From: Deltaproteobacteria bacterium
GTDB lineage: Bacteria; Desulfobacterota; DSM-4660; Desulfatiglandales; Desulfatiglandaceae
Direction of reading: 5' to 3'
Assembly (NCBI GenBank): GCA_036733345.1
Contig: DAINAR010000003.1
Coordinates: 8,052-72,051 of the forward strand
Length of the DNA: 64,000 nt
A program made the translations under genes and the position numbers. This document shows, one piece after another, positions 1 through 9,671 of the stretch. The notes under the pieces were generated by a model, which did not search any database, was not told the origin of the DNA, and was given only the letters and a program-made list of their open reading frames with translations. The number at the start of each line of letters is the position of its first letter. The first letter of the stretch is position 1.

Positions 1-602
1 AGATTTATGATGGCAAAGATAATAAGTGAAATGGGGAAGCGCTTTTTCATAATCCTGTCCAGCAGAACTGGTGCCATATATCTTAAAAGGTTTACTGTTA
101 TAATAGGAACAAAGATTACTATGCATAACATTTGCATCATGCCCAGGAAAGATATCTCAATTTTGTGACCTGCAAGTATATGCACCAGGATAGGAAGGCT
201 AAAAGGGACAATTAAAGAAGATATGACGACTATGACAAGGACAAGGATGCTGTTGGCATTAAGAAGTCCTGAAATAAAAGGTGCAACAACACCGGTTGAA
301 ATGCCGGTCAAAAGAAGGGCAGCCAGGGCATAAGATGGATAGAATATAATAAAAATATAATAGATAACAACAGGCAGGATTATCAATTTGATAAATAAAA
401 TCCATAATACAGTTCGACTGTCATGCCTGACAGAATGCCATATAGAGCCTATTTTAATAGGAAGGAAGCTGAGAAAGAGCAGGAACATCATAAGATACAA
501 AAGGTAAGGCTGGAAAACGGAACTGAAGTCAGGAAACAGGATGCCTGCCAACATTGACAAAAAAATAACCGCAAGAAGTATAATATCATTTTGACGGAAC
601 AT
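1..602 (-). CDS. Putative Na+-dependent membrane transporter (BASS/SBF-like); C-terminus cut by window edge
   Basis: Not in the ORF track because it runs off the window. Reverse-strand ATG at 600-602 with an open frame to position 1. Translation MFRQNDIILLAVIFLSMLAGILFPDF... is a series of hydrophobic helices with an LLLTGISTGVVAPFISG segment resembling bile-acid:Na+ symporter-family proteins. Family call is by eye only. Confidence 0.45.
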   Translation of the reverse strand, partial: MFRQNDIILLAVIFLSMLAGILFPDFSSVFQPYLLYLMMFLLFLSFLPIKIGSIWHSVRHDSRTVLWILFIKLIILPVVIYYIFIIFYPSYALAALLLTGISTGVVAPFISGLLNANSILVLVIVVISSLIVPFSLPILVHILAGHKIEISFLGMMQMLCIVIFVPIITVNLLRYMAPVLLDRIMKKRFPISLIIFAIIN

Positions 603-606
603 TATT

Positions 607-1128
607 TCAGATTAATTTATAAAGATAAGGAATTTCGTTAATTTGTTTTTTACTGAGATTTCTTTGTATTGCCCTTGCAATAGGATTTTTGTGTTTTTCA
701 TCCGTCATTTTATATTTCATGACATCTAAAATATAATTAACTTTCTTATTATATAAATCAGGATAAGCTTTCTTGTCAATTTTACGTAATTCAAAAATTA
801 GCCTCAGTGTTTTGTCGACAGCCCGTATAGAATTAGACATATCATCGACAAGTTTTTTATTTTGCAAAGTTTCATCATAATATGATGTTATCTTTGCTAT
901 AGAGCTTATATGCCCGGATTTTAGATCCAGGGAATCCTGTGTTTTTTGCTGAGGATTTTGATTAGCGTTTTTTGCCATGGATTTGGACCATTTAAAAGAC
1001 AATTCAAATGACCTGTAAAGGATATTAACCAAAGTATTTGCCAATTCGTCAGATAAATCATCAATACCTCCAAGCTTTTGCGCAATTGTTGTCTTGCACA
1101 TAGTCAGAATCTTTCTATCGATTTCCAT
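607..1128 (-). CDS. Hypothetical protein (173 aa), no recognisable domain
   Basis: Only long ORF in this interval. It ends 4 nt before the start of the next minus-strand gene. Hydrophilic, helical-looking sequence; weak SD. Confidence 0.5.
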   Translation of the reverse strand: MEIDRKILTMCKTTIAQKLGGIDDLSDELANTLVNILYRSFELSFKWSKSMAKNANQNPQQKTQDSLDLKSGHISSIAKITSYYDETLQNKKLVDDMSNSIRAVDKTLRLIFELRKIDKKAYPDLYNKKVNYILDVMKYKMTDEKHKNPIARAIQRNLSKKQINEIPYLYKLI

Positions 1129-1423
1129 CCTGTTACCATAATATTAATAAAAACAATGGGATAATTAAAGATGTTATGCTTGATGGTTCATCATATATTG
1201 AAAGAATTAAATATTGTTTGATATATATCATACAATAATGCAATATAAAAAGCATAAAAATCCGATCTCCAAATTAATGATTTCCGATTTTTGTGCTGAA
1301 TATCTATGATTTGAATAAAGTTAACGAAATTCTGGATATGATCAGTTCCTTTTTGCTTTTTTAATAAATTCTGGTAAGTTATAGTGGGTTTTATAATTCG
1401 ATTAAAAAATGTGAGGGTGAATT

Positions 1424-2032
1424 ATGTTTTTACCTAAAGGCCGTAGCATTTGGAAAAATCTAAATAGCTTTTTTATTGATATTGATAGGCTTTTATTATT
1501 TCTCAAACGTGAAGAATTTATTGGTTATATTAATTTTGTGGCTACAGGGTCTCAAAGTACTATTTTTCTACAGGAAGGAGACGCGGTTGCCGGTATAAAG
1601 GAGATAAAGGAAGAAAAAAAATTCGGACCTGAGGCCGTAAAAGAAATTTTGGGCCAGGCACGTCGTGAGAATAATGAAAGGATTAATGTTGTTGAATTAC
1701 CAATGAAAAAAGTAGCTATGATGGCGTTAGCTTTCGGTTTTGGCTGCCATAACCTTTACAAGGACCTTTCTACTGATTTTTCCAGCCTGAAAAAGGTAAT
1801 GTTAAAGCTGGAGAAAGATAGATTCACAGGTTTCATCGATATACACTTCCAGAGAGATAAAAAGGAAGCAATATTATTTCTGGAAGAAGGAAGAACGAAG
1901 GCGGTTTTTACTGATGAAATTCAGGTAGGATTAAATGAAGAAACAGAAATTGATTTAAGGCTACTAACTTCAAAAACTATCGAAGAAGTTGAAAGAACTG
2001 GAGCCCTTTTTGATATATTTGCCCGCGATTAA
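1424..2032 (+). CDS. Hypothetical protein with an internal tandem duplication (two DUF4388/PATAN-like half-domains?)
   Basis: ATG preceded by GAGGGTG. Two similar segments are visible: FIGYINFVATGSQSTIFLQEGDAVAG and FTGFIDIHFQRDKKEAILFLEEGRTKAV. Confidence 0.55.
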   Translation: MFLPKGRSIWKNLNSFFIDIDRLLLFLKREEFIGYINFVATGSQSTIFLQEGDAVAGIKEIKEEKKFGPEAVKEILGQARRENNERINVVELPMKKVAMMALAFGFGCHNLYKDLSTDFSSLKKVMLKLEKDRFTGFIDIHFQRDKKEAILFLEEGRTKAVFTDEIQVGLNEETEIDLRLLTSKTIEEVERTGALFDIFARD

Positions 2033-2141
2033 AAGATCTATTTTGTATTTAACATGTTTATATTTTGAGAATTATTAATCGTCAGGCTGATATAGATTTA
2101 TGAATTTGTATGTTTCTTTCTGAGTTGCGAAGAAATTTTAG

Positions 2142-2161
2142 TTATGTGATAAGTCACATAA
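2142..2161. repeat. 20-bp inverted repeat TTATGTGA-taag-TCACATAA
   Basis: Perfect 8-bp arms with a 4-nt spacer, read directly from the sequence. Lies between convergent genes; function unknown. Confidence 0.6.
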
Positions 2162-2186
2162 ATTGGCCAAATTAGGTAAATTTAAT

Positions 2187-2328
2187 GTCTTCGGGTTAAA
2201 TTCCCCAAAGCTTGTTTCGTCTTGTCATCCCGGACTTGATCCGGGATCCAGTCAAGCATGTTTCTGGATTCCGGCTTTCGCCGGAATGAAGGCTGATACC
2301 CCTTAGCTTGCTGCGGGGTAGTTCATTG
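2187..2328. repeat. Multi-hairpin intergenic repeat, family A, copy 1
   Basis: About 140 bp, near-identical at both ends to 16824-16955. Contains hairpins CTTCGGG/CCCAAAG, ATCCCGGA-cttga-TCCGGGAT, ATTCCGGC-tttc-GCCGGAAT and TACCCC/GGGGTA. Confidence 0.8.
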
Positions 2329-2329
2329 T

Positions 2330-2623
2330 CTATTTAGAAAAAAGTTTTAAACCACCTATGGCTAAACTTACCATTGCTATAATTTTAAATATTACATTAA
2401 TTGTATATGCCGTTAGGAACCCGTAGTTTGGCACAAGAAAAAGCGCGATATCAGCAACAAGAAGAAACCCTATTGTTGTTATAATCAGGTTTATTACCTC
2501 TCCTATTATGCCTCCTCTGTATTTATGCCTTGCATTTATAAAAACGAAAAGGATTATTAGATAGATTGCCACTGTTAGCAGAATTAATATGCATGGTCCC
2601 ATGATATCGATGGTGAATTGCAT
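2330..2623 (-). CDS. Small integral membrane protein (97 aa, about 3 TM helices)
   Basis: Strongly hydrophobic ORF starting 20 nt downstream of the stop of the DUF4388 gene on the same strand. Confidence 0.55.
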   Translation of the reverse strand: MQFTIDIMGPCILILLTVAIYLIILFVFINARHKYRGGIIGEVINLIITTIGFLLVADIALFLVPNYGFLTAYTINVIFKIIAMVSLAIGGLKLFSK

Positions 2624-2643
2624 GGCTTATACCTCCAGCTTTT

Positions 2644-4017
2644 TCAATACCTTTCAATTAATTCAGTCAGTATTTTCAGTGCTCGTTTTTTCGAAGGAGT
2701 GTCTTCTGAAAATGTCTCCATATCAGCTTTTATTGTTTTTATCTTTTTAATCATTTCTTTGACAAGTCCTATGCCCAGGAATAATTTTGCTTCATCCATG
2801 ATGTTTTTGTAAATTTCGTAAAAGGCATCTACAAAGGTGAACCTGTTTTCAGGAGAAGGAAAATGGGAGGCTATGTTTCGAAGAATCATGTTAGCATCAA
2901 CCCTTTCCGGATCATCTAAAGGGATATTTTCGAAAAGCATCTGATTGGCTGCAGTTAGTTTACCTTTTGCTTTCTGAATTATATCCCTGGCTTTTGCTCC
3001 CAGTTCGGATTGCATTTCTTTGGTAATCAATTCATGTATTTCAAGCAGGACTTTTAAAATCCTGGATAATTCTTTAAATTCTATGTCTTCATATTCTCCA
3101 ATTTCTTTTGTTTTTCTTATTAATCCCATGATGCTGAGCCGATATAGGATATTAATCAGGGAAACTTCATCGGCACCGATAAATTTAATAATCTGGTCAA
3201 TATTTCTAACTCCATCAATAAGGGAAAGTATAAATTCTTCATTGGCATTCAGTCTTGGGATGATTTTTTCCTTAGATTCAAGAAAATAAGGGGAATGACG
3301 GAAAATAGTTCTATTATCCAAAACTTCTTTTTTAAAATGGGTGAAGTTAAAACCTCTTTGTGCTGCAATTAATGCGCCCTTTAAAGGAGTATATTTTACA
3401 ATTATTTCTTCGTTTACAGGTTTTTCCACATAATAAAAGAGCCCTTTTTTCCAGAAAAGGCTGTTAGCAATAATTTCTTGAATCTGGAGAGTTAGAATCT
3501 CTTTAAGGGCCTTCGATGAAAGATATCCTTTCTCTACAAGTTGAATTCCCAGTTTCTTTTTCTTGTTTTTTGCCTCAACAGCTTGCCGGTCAAGTTCTTC
3601 GGCCGTGAGCAGTTTTCTCTTCAAAATATAATTCCCTATCCTGTTTTTCTTACTGCTGCTTGCTGCAAAAACAATATTCCCTTTCCTGAAGACAAATTTT
3701 TTGGACACTTCGTCTGATTTTATAAGGCCAACACCGGTAGTCTGGTTTATATAAATAGCATATAAAAAAAATATAAGAGGAACTTCCTCAATCATGCTGC
3801 CAAAGAATATACGTCCATCAATAATCTTCAGATAAATCGGATCTGAGAAATTCATCCTGCTTGCAGCTCCCCATTCTTCAATAGCACGGCCAAAATTGTG
3901 GTTCTGATAAAATTCAGTACCTTTAAACAGGTGATCGAAAAAGGCATTTGCCGGGAATTCATTTTTTTTCAGTACCTGAATTTTCAATTTTATTCCTCGC
4001 AACAAAAAACTTTGCAA
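2644..4017 (-). CDS. DUF4388 (PATAN-like) domain protein
   Basis: The segment GVGLIKSDEVSKKFVFRKGNIVFAASSSKKNRIGNYILKRKLLTAEELDRQ...LGIQLVEKGYLS...LTLQIQEIIANSLFWKKGLFYY matches the DUF4388 pattern as I remember it. The track start is TTG at 4017. An alternative TTG at 3987 has a GAGGA SD, so the start is uncertain. Confidence 0.6.
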   Translation of the reverse strand: MQSFLLRGIKLKIQVLKKNEFPANAFFDHLFKGTEFYQNHNFGRAIEEWGAASRMNFSDPIYLKIIDGRIFFGSMIEEVPLIFFLYAIYINQTTGVGLIKSDEVSKKFVFRKGNIVFAASSSKKNRIGNYILKRKLLTAEELDRQAVEAKNKKKKLGIQLVEKGYLSSKALKEILTLQIQEIIANSLFWKKGLFYYVEKPVNEEIIVKYTPLKGALIAAQRGFNFTHFKKEVLDNRTIFRHSPYFLESKEKIIPRLNANEEFILSLIDGVRNIDQIIKFIGADEVSLINILYRLSIMGLIRKTKEIGEYEDIEFKELSRILKVLLEIHELITKEMQSELGAKARDIIQKAKGKLTAANQMLFENIPLDDPERVDANMILRNIASHFPSPENRFTFVDAFYEIYKNIMDEAKLFLGIGLVKEMIKKIKTIKADMETFSEDTPSKKRALKILTELIERY

Positions 4018-4157
4018 AAGGTTTTATGAGAGAAATTCTGTCTTTAAAGACTTGGCCTGTTGATGTGGAGCTCTTTTTACAATAACATCTGCAGAGATAA
4101 AACTATAAACTTATAATCAAGCTTTACTAAGTTAAAAAGATTAAAGTTGATGGTTTT

Positions 4158-4274
4158 GTGTAAAGTGGGAAGCGCTTTGAAAACCGGAGTCCAAGGTTCC
4201 CATGAGTGTTTGAAAAGACCTGGTTACGGCTTTTGCCGGAATTAGAAGAAGAGAGCATTTTTGACTTTTTACGA
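4158..4274. repeat. Degenerate copy of family B MITE-like repeat
   Basis: Shares AACCGGAGTCCA, a GGTTACGGCttttGCCGGAATTA hairpin module and TGACTTTTTACGAGTTCAT with 17021-17168. Confidence 0.55.
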
Positions 4275-4490
4275 GTTCATCAAGATTGAAGGTAAATATA
4301 TTCTATAAAAAATGATATTTTAATGGTTGAAGTTTGTCAATAATTACTATGTTTAATTATTATGTTTAAATTTTGAAAGGCTGTAAAATTTTATGAAGCC
4401 TGGCTGGATTAGAGGTTAATACAATATACATTTAAGTTGTGTTTTACACTCGTTTCCATAATTAGAAATATTAATCCCTCAGATTTTATC

Positions 4491-4520
4491 TTGACTTGGC
4501 CGGCAACTATTTAATATTTA
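4491..4520 (+). promoter_or_regulatory. Possible sigma-70 promoter of the liv operon
   Basis: TTGACT at 4491-4496 followed 15-18 nt later by overlapping TAATAT/ATATTT/TATTTA hexamers, about 65 nt upstream of livJ. AT-rich context, so weak evidence. Confidence 0.3.
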
Positions 4521-4583
4521 GTGTATGTTAATTAAAAGTTTAAAGGTGATAGAATATCAATTTTAAAGAAGGAGACTTAGATT

Positions 4584-5711
4584 ATGAATCATTTTGGAAA
4601 GCTGTTTGCAAAAATATGTATCGTGATGGTTTTAGCAATTGCCATACCAGGCTTAGCTTTTTCTGCGGACACCATTAAACTTGGCGTAGCCGGTCCTCAT
4701 AGCGGTGACCTCGCATCTTATGGTATCCCATCCGTAAAGGCTGCAGAGCTTGTTGTAAAAGAGATAAATGCGAAAGGCGGTGTTCTTGGAAAGCAGGTCG
4801 AACTCCTTGTTGAAGATGACGTATGCAAGCCGGAAATTGCCACCAATACTGCCACCAAGCTGATATCTCAGGGTGTCCATGTGGTTTTGGGTCATGTCTG
4901 TAGCGGAGCGACAAAGGCTGCTATGGGTCTTTATAAGGATTCAAATATAATTGCCATGTCTCCTTCTGCTACAAATCCAGCTCTGACACAGAGCGGAGAT
5001 TATCCTAATTTTTACAGGACGATTGCCTCAGACGATGCCCAGGCAAGACTTGAGGTTGATTATGCCCTGAATGTTTTGAAGGTCAAAAAAGTCGCTGTCC
5101 TTCATGACAAGGGAGACTATGGTAAAGGCCTCGCTGAATTTGCCAAGAAATTCCTGGAAGATTCCGGCAAAGCTGAAGTAGTATTGTACGAAGGTATTAC
5201 GCCTGGTGCTGTAGATTATTCAGCTGTAGTTCAGAAGATAAAACGCTCAAAGGCTGAAGCTGTAATATTCGGCGGCTACCATCCAGAGGCATCAAAGATA
5301 GTTGGCCAGATGCGAAGGAAAAAGATGGATACTGTCTTTATTTCTGATGATGGAGTGAAGGATGATACCTTTATCAAGGTTGCCGGAAAAAATGCTGAAG
5401 GCGTTTACGCAACCGGCCCTATGGATACATCAACAAATCCTATGACTATTGCTGCAAATGAGGCTCATAGGAAGGCATACGGTTCGGATCCTGGCGCCTT
5501 TTACCTCAATGCATATGCTGGTGCGCTGGCGTTGCTCAATGCCATCGAAAAGGCAGGTTCAACTGATTATGATGCCGTTTCAAAGGCTCTTAAGACAGAA
5601 TACGTTGAGACGCCTCTTGGAAAAATCCGTTTTGATGAACGTGGCGATGCAACAGGCATTGGTTTTTCAATTTATCAGGTGCAAAATGGCGTTTATGTAG
5701 AATTAAAGTAG
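4584..5711 (+). CDS. livJ: Branched-chain amino acid ABC transporter, periplasmic substrate-binding protein
   Basis: Signal peptide, then TIKLGVAGPHSGDLASYG...EINAKGGVLGK...VLGHVCSGAT, closely resembling E. coli LivJ/LivK. Strong SD GGAG. Confidence 0.9.
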   Translation: MNHFGKLFAKICIVMVLAIAIPGLAFSADTIKLGVAGPHSGDLASYGIPSVKAAELVVKEINAKGGVLGKQVELLVEDDVCKPEIATNTATKLISQGVHVVLGHVCSGATKAAMGLYKDSNIIAMSPSATNPALTQSGDYPNFYRTIASDDAQARLEVDYALNVLKVKKVAVLHDKGDYGKGLAEFAKKFLEDSGKAEVVLYEGITPGAVDYSAVVQKIKRSKAEAVIFGGYHPEASKIVGQMRRKKMDTVFISDDGVKDDTFIKVAGKNAEGVYATGPMDTSTNPMTIAANEAHRKAYGSDPGAFYLNAYAGALALLNAIEKAGSTDYDAVSKALKTEYVETPLGKIRFDERGDATGIGFSIYQVQNGVYVELK

Positions 5712-5725
5712 ATGAGGATTAATAA

Positions 5726-5757
5726 GGGGCAGGCAAATTAACCTGCCCCTTTTTTTA
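5726..5757 (+). terminator. Intrinsic terminator/attenuator between livJ and livH
   Basis: GGGGCAGG-caaattaa-CCTGCCCC followed by T8. Confidence 0.75.
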
Positions 5758-5841
5758 ATACCTGTTATGCAAAAGATTCAACTGAACATTTTTGTATATT
5801 ATTAACTAATTCATATTCCAAGACTGAGAAAGTAGCTAAAT

Positions 5842-6744
5842 ATGGAATATTTCTTAGAGCTTTTTTTAGGAGGGCTTACGCGCGGCAGTATCTATGCGCT
5901 TATAGCCCTTGGCTATACAATGGTCTATGGCATAATTCAGCTTATAAATTTTGCTCATGGTGAAATATATATGATCGGGGCATTTACTGCTCTGATTGTT
6001 TCGAGTGTGTTGAGCATGCTGGGACTGAACACTATAGCTATACTTGTGATTGCTTCTTTTATAGCTGTAATCTATTCATCTGCATATGGCTTCACTGTTG
6101 AGAAAATTGCATATAAGCCGCTGCGCCATGCCCCGAGACTCTCGGCCCTTATAAGCGCCATAGGGATGTCCATGTTCCTTTATAACTATGTACTGCTGGC
6201 CCAGACATCAGATTTCCTTCCATTTCCCAACAATATTCCTGAATTTGAATTTATGGAGCCATATTCGCATATCTTCAGCTCAACGGAACTTGTTATCCTT
6301 TTAACAACCACGATAGTTATGATATTGCTGGGATTACTGATCAAGTTTACAAGGATTGGAAAGGCTATGCGGGCTACAGCCCAGGACAGGGATATGGCCA
6401 TGCTTGTTGGCATTGATGTTAACCGTGTAATATCTGTAACATTTATTATTGGATCTGCTACGGCTGCATTAGGCGGCGTACTTATTGCCTCACATATCGG
6501 CCAGATAAATTATTTTATTGGTTTTATAGCAGGGATAAAGGCCTTTGTGGCAGCGGTGCTTGGGGGAATTGGCAGTATTCCCGGCGCTGTTTTAGGCAGT
6601 TTTGTTCTTGGCTGGACTGAGAGCTTCGCCACAGGGTACGTCTCAAGTGATTACGAAGATGTTTTTGCGTTTATTTTCCTTGTGCTTATCCTGATATTCA
6701 GGCCTGCAGGTATTCTGGGAAGGTCTACGACTGATAAGGTCTGA
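5842..6744 (+). CDS. livH: Branched-chain amino acid ABC transporter permease
   Basis: GSIYALIALGYTMVYGIIQLINFAHGE motif typical of LivH; multi-TM. Confidence 0.9.
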   Translation: MEYFLELFLGGLTRGSIYALIALGYTMVYGIIQLINFAHGEIYMIGAFTALIVSSVLSMLGLNTIAILVIASFIAVIYSSAYGFTVEKIAYKPLRHAPRLSALISAIGMSMFLYNYVLLAQTSDFLPFPNNIPEFEFMEPYSHIFSSTELVILLTTTIVMILLGLLIKFTRIGKAMRATAQDRDMAMLVGIDVNRVISVTFIIGSATAALGGVLIASHIGQINYFIGFIAGIKAFVAAVLGGIGSIPGAVLGSFVLGWTESFATGYVSSDYEDVFAFIFLVLILIFRPAGILGRSTTDKV

Positions 6745-6786
6745 TGAATACTAAAGCACTAAACATGATTAGAATTAACGATTAAA

Positions 6787-8013
6787 ATGATTAAACTATC
6801 AGAAATAAAAAAGTCATTTTTTGTATCATTGTGGTTCATGTTTTTAACCTTTCCTATCATGGTAATACGTGTAAACCCGATAGAGAAAATAGTCGAATGG
6901 CGTTGGAAAAATCTATTTTTTATTGGAATTGGAAGCTTTCTGCTTTCCTTTGTATGGCGTTATCTTTTCAAGAGAAAAGAAGCTGGAATGAAAAAGGCCG
7001 AAGCAGGAGACGATACTGTTAAAATATCTTTTTATCAAAAGATATTTGAAGAGCCGAAGATCTATATACCGGGCTTAATTGTGGTTGCCGTTGTGGTATT
7101 TGCGTTTCCATTTGTATTTTCCATATATCAAACCAATATTATGACAACCGCACTTATCTATGTAATGCTGGGCTTGGGTCTTAACATTGTTGTAGGACTC
7201 GCTGGTTTGCTTGATCTGGGATATGTAGCGTTTTATGCAGTTGGTGCCTACAGTTATGCGCTCCTTAACTATCACTTTGGTCTTAGCTTCTGGCTGGCAC
7301 TTCCTGTCGGTGCAGGCCTCGGTGCATTATTCGGAATACTTTTAGGGTTTCCCGTACTTCGACTGCGGGGGGATTATCTGGCAATTGTTACTCTTGGCTT
7401 TGGAGAAATAATAAGGATCATACTTGAAAACTGGAATGAATTCTCTTTTGGGCCAAGCGGAATTGCAAATATACCAAGACCTGGCTTTTTCGGAATTGAG
7501 TTTTCCATTGAGGGTGCTACCATGTTTATGTATTTTCTTATGATAGCACTTACCCTGTTTACGATATTTGTAGTAAACCGACTTCAGAATTCCAGGATTG
7601 GGAGGGCATGGATTGCCCTCAGGGAAGATGAGGTCGCCTGCCAGGCCATGGGTATTGATAAAACAAAGACTAAGCTCACCGCATTTGCCCTTGGCGCCAC
7701 CTGGGCAGGCATGGTAGGTGTCGTATTTGCAGCAAAAACCACCTTCATCAATCCTGCAAGTTTTACTGTATGGGAGTCAATTATTATACTTTGTATTGTT
7801 GTGCTTGGAGGAATGGGTTCCATAGTCGGCGTTATTTTTGGAGCCCTTATCCTTATTCTCCTTCCGGAATATTTGAGGGCCTTTTCAGAATTTCGGATGC
7901 TGCTTTTTGGGGCTGTACTGATAATTATGATGGTCTTTCGCCCTGGAGGTGTAATAAGCTCAGTACGCAGGACATACCGTTTCGAGGGCTTGACCCAAAA
8001 GAGTGAAAAATAG
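6787..8013 (+). CDS. livM: Branched-chain amino acid ABC transporter permease
   Basis: LivM-like core (GLNIVVGLAGLLDLGYVAFYAVGAY) with an N-terminal extension of about 100 aa, as in long LivM forms. Confidence 0.88.
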   Translation: MIKLSEIKKSFFVSLWFMFLTFPIMVIRVNPIEKIVEWRWKNLFFIGIGSFLLSFVWRYLFKRKEAGMKKAEAGDDTVKISFYQKIFEEPKIYIPGLIVVAVVVFAFPFVFSIYQTNIMTTALIYVMLGLGLNIVVGLAGLLDLGYVAFYAVGAYSYALLNYHFGLSFWLALPVGAGLGALFGILLGFPVLRLRGDYLAIVTLGFGEIIRIILENWNEFSFGPSGIANIPRPGFFGIEFSIEGATMFMYFLMIALTLFTIFVVNRLQNSRIGRAWIALREDEVACQAMGIDKTKTKLTAFALGATWAGMVGVVFAAKTTFINPASFTVWESIIILCIVVLGGMGSIVGVIFGALILILLPEYLRAFSEFRMLLFGAVLIIMMVFRPGGVISSVRRTYRFEGLTQKSEK

Positions 8014-8806
8014 GCAGATGAAAAAGATACTTGAAGTTAAGAATCTAACCATGAACTTTGGAGGGCTATGTGCCCTTGACAGAATTGATCTGGATATCTC
8101 TGAAGGAGAAATTGTTGCCCTTATAGGCCCTAATGGTGCAGGCAAGACTACTTTTTTCAACTGCATAACAGGAATTTACCCTCCAACAGAAGGCAAGATG
8201 TTTATATTCCCTCCGGGGAAAGCTCGAAAAAGCATAAAGGGTTTAAAGCCTAATCAGGTAACGGAAAAAGGATTGGCGCGCACTTTCCAGAATATTCGTC
8301 TTTTTCCCAACATGACAGTGCTTGAAAATGTAATGATTGGACGTCATTGCCGTATGTCTTCAGGTATTGCAGGTGCTGTTTTTAGAAATAAGGCAACAGT
8401 CAGAGAAGAAAATGCGATTGTAGAGGAAAGTTATATTATTCTTCAAAAGATAGGGCTTTCAGAATATGTAAATGAATTCGCGAAAAATCTGCCATATGGC
8501 GCTCAAAGGCGCCTGGAAATTGCCAGGGCTATGGCTACTGAACCTTTTCTCCTTTTATTAGATGAACCGGCTGCGGGAATGAATCTCCGTGAGACAAAGG
8601 AACTTGATGAATTGATTGTAAAGATAAGAAATACTGAAGGTATATCAATACTGCTTATTGAGCATGATATGAAGCTGGTAATGAGCCTGTCCGACCGTAT
8701 TTTTGTTGTAGATTACGGGAAGAAGATTGCGCAGGGAACACCGGAAGAAATTCAAAAGAATCCTGTTGTGATAAAGGCATATCTCGGAGAGGATTTCGAT
8801 GCTTGA
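8003..8806 (+). CDS. livG: Branched-chain amino acid ABC transporter ATP-binding protein
   Basis: Walker A GPNGAGKTT, signature and Walker B LLLLDEPAAGMN. Overlaps the livM stop; the start could be the ATG at 8018. Confidence 0.9.
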   Translation: MKNRQMKKILEVKNLTMNFGGLCALDRIDLDISEGEIVALIGPNGAGKTTFFNCITGIYPPTEGKMFIFPPGKARKSIKGLKPNQVTEKGLARTFQNIRLFPNMTVLENVMIGRHCRMSSGIAGAVFRNKATVREENAIVEESYIILQKIGLSEYVNEFAKNLPYGAQRRLEIARAMATEPFLLLLDEPAAGMNLRETKELDELIVKIRNTEGISILLIEHDMKLVMSLSDRIFVVDYGKKIAQGTPEEIQKNPVVIKAYLGEDFDA

Positions 8807-9506
8807 GGTCAGGAATATAAAGACCTTTTACGGAGGCATACAGGCCTTAAAAGATATCAGTATACAGATATCTGAAGGAGAGATTATTACTCTTATCGGA
8901 GCTAACGGTGCAGGAAAGACAACAACCCTGATGTCAATTTCCGGCATAGTGCCACCCAAATCCGGAGAGATTTATTTTCTGGGTGAACCTATTCATAATA
9001 TGAATCCTGATAAAATAGTGTCTCGTGGAATTTCTCAGGTTCCTGAAGGTCGCCGTATATTTCCATATCTTACTGTCCTGGAAAATCTGGATATGGGAGC
9101 GTTCCTGAGAAATGATACTGAGGATATCAAAAGGGATATAGAATACATTTTTGAGCTTTTTCCTCTTTTAGCTGAAAGACGTCGCCAACCTGGCGGAACT
9201 TTAAGCGGAGGAGAGCAACAAATGCTGGCTATATCAAGGGCAATTATGGCCAGGCCTCGGCTGCTTTTACTTGATGAGCCATCATTGGGCCTTGCTCCGA
9301 TAATTATAAGGCAGATTTTCGATATAATACAAAAGATAAATAAAGAAAATAAAACCACCATTTTCCTTGTAGAGCAGAATGCCAACCTGGCGCTTAAGGT
9401 TGCGAACAGGGGGTACGTTATGGAAAACGGACGTATAACTCTTATGGATTCAGCTCAAAATCTCCTTTCAAATGAAAAGGTAAAGAAGGCCTATCTTGGC
9501 CTGTAG
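8799..9506 (+). CDS. livF: Branched-chain amino acid ABC transporter ATP-binding protein
   Basis: GANGAGKTT, LSGGEQQMLAI and LLLLDEPSLGLAP motifs. 8-nt overlap with livG. Confidence 0.9.
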   Translation: MLEVRNIKTFYGGIQALKDISIQISEGEIITLIGANGAGKTTTLMSISGIVPPKSGEIYFLGEPIHNMNPDKIVSRGISQVPEGRRIFPYLTVLENLDMGAFLRNDTEDIKRDIEYIFELFPLLAERRRQPGGTLSGGEQQMLAISRAIMARPRLLLLDEPSLGLAPIIIRQIFDIIQKINKENKTTIFLVEQNANLALKVANRGYVMENGRITLMDSAQNLLSNEKVKKAYLGL

Positions 9507-9522
9507 CCTTTTCACAAATTAT

Positions 9523-9551
9523 AACAGGCAGGCAGTGTGCTGTTCTTTTTT
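9523..9551 (+). terminator. Probable intrinsic terminator after livF
   Basis: AACAG...CTGTT stem followed by CTTTTTT. The stem is short. Confidence 0.45.
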
Positions 9552-9671
9552 ATGTTAATTATACAAGACAAATGACGATCAACCACTGAGCTGAAACTGT
9601 ATTTTGTCCTGTTAATATCTTGACATGTAATAACTGTTGCCGAAAACAAAATAAATGGAGGTAGCTTTTCT

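Noticed and set aside
2144-2159. CRP/FNR operator call for TGTGA-N4-TCACA.
   Set aside because: The half-site spacing is 4 nt instead of the canonical 6 nt, and the site lies between convergent gene ends. It is reported only as an unexplained palindrome.
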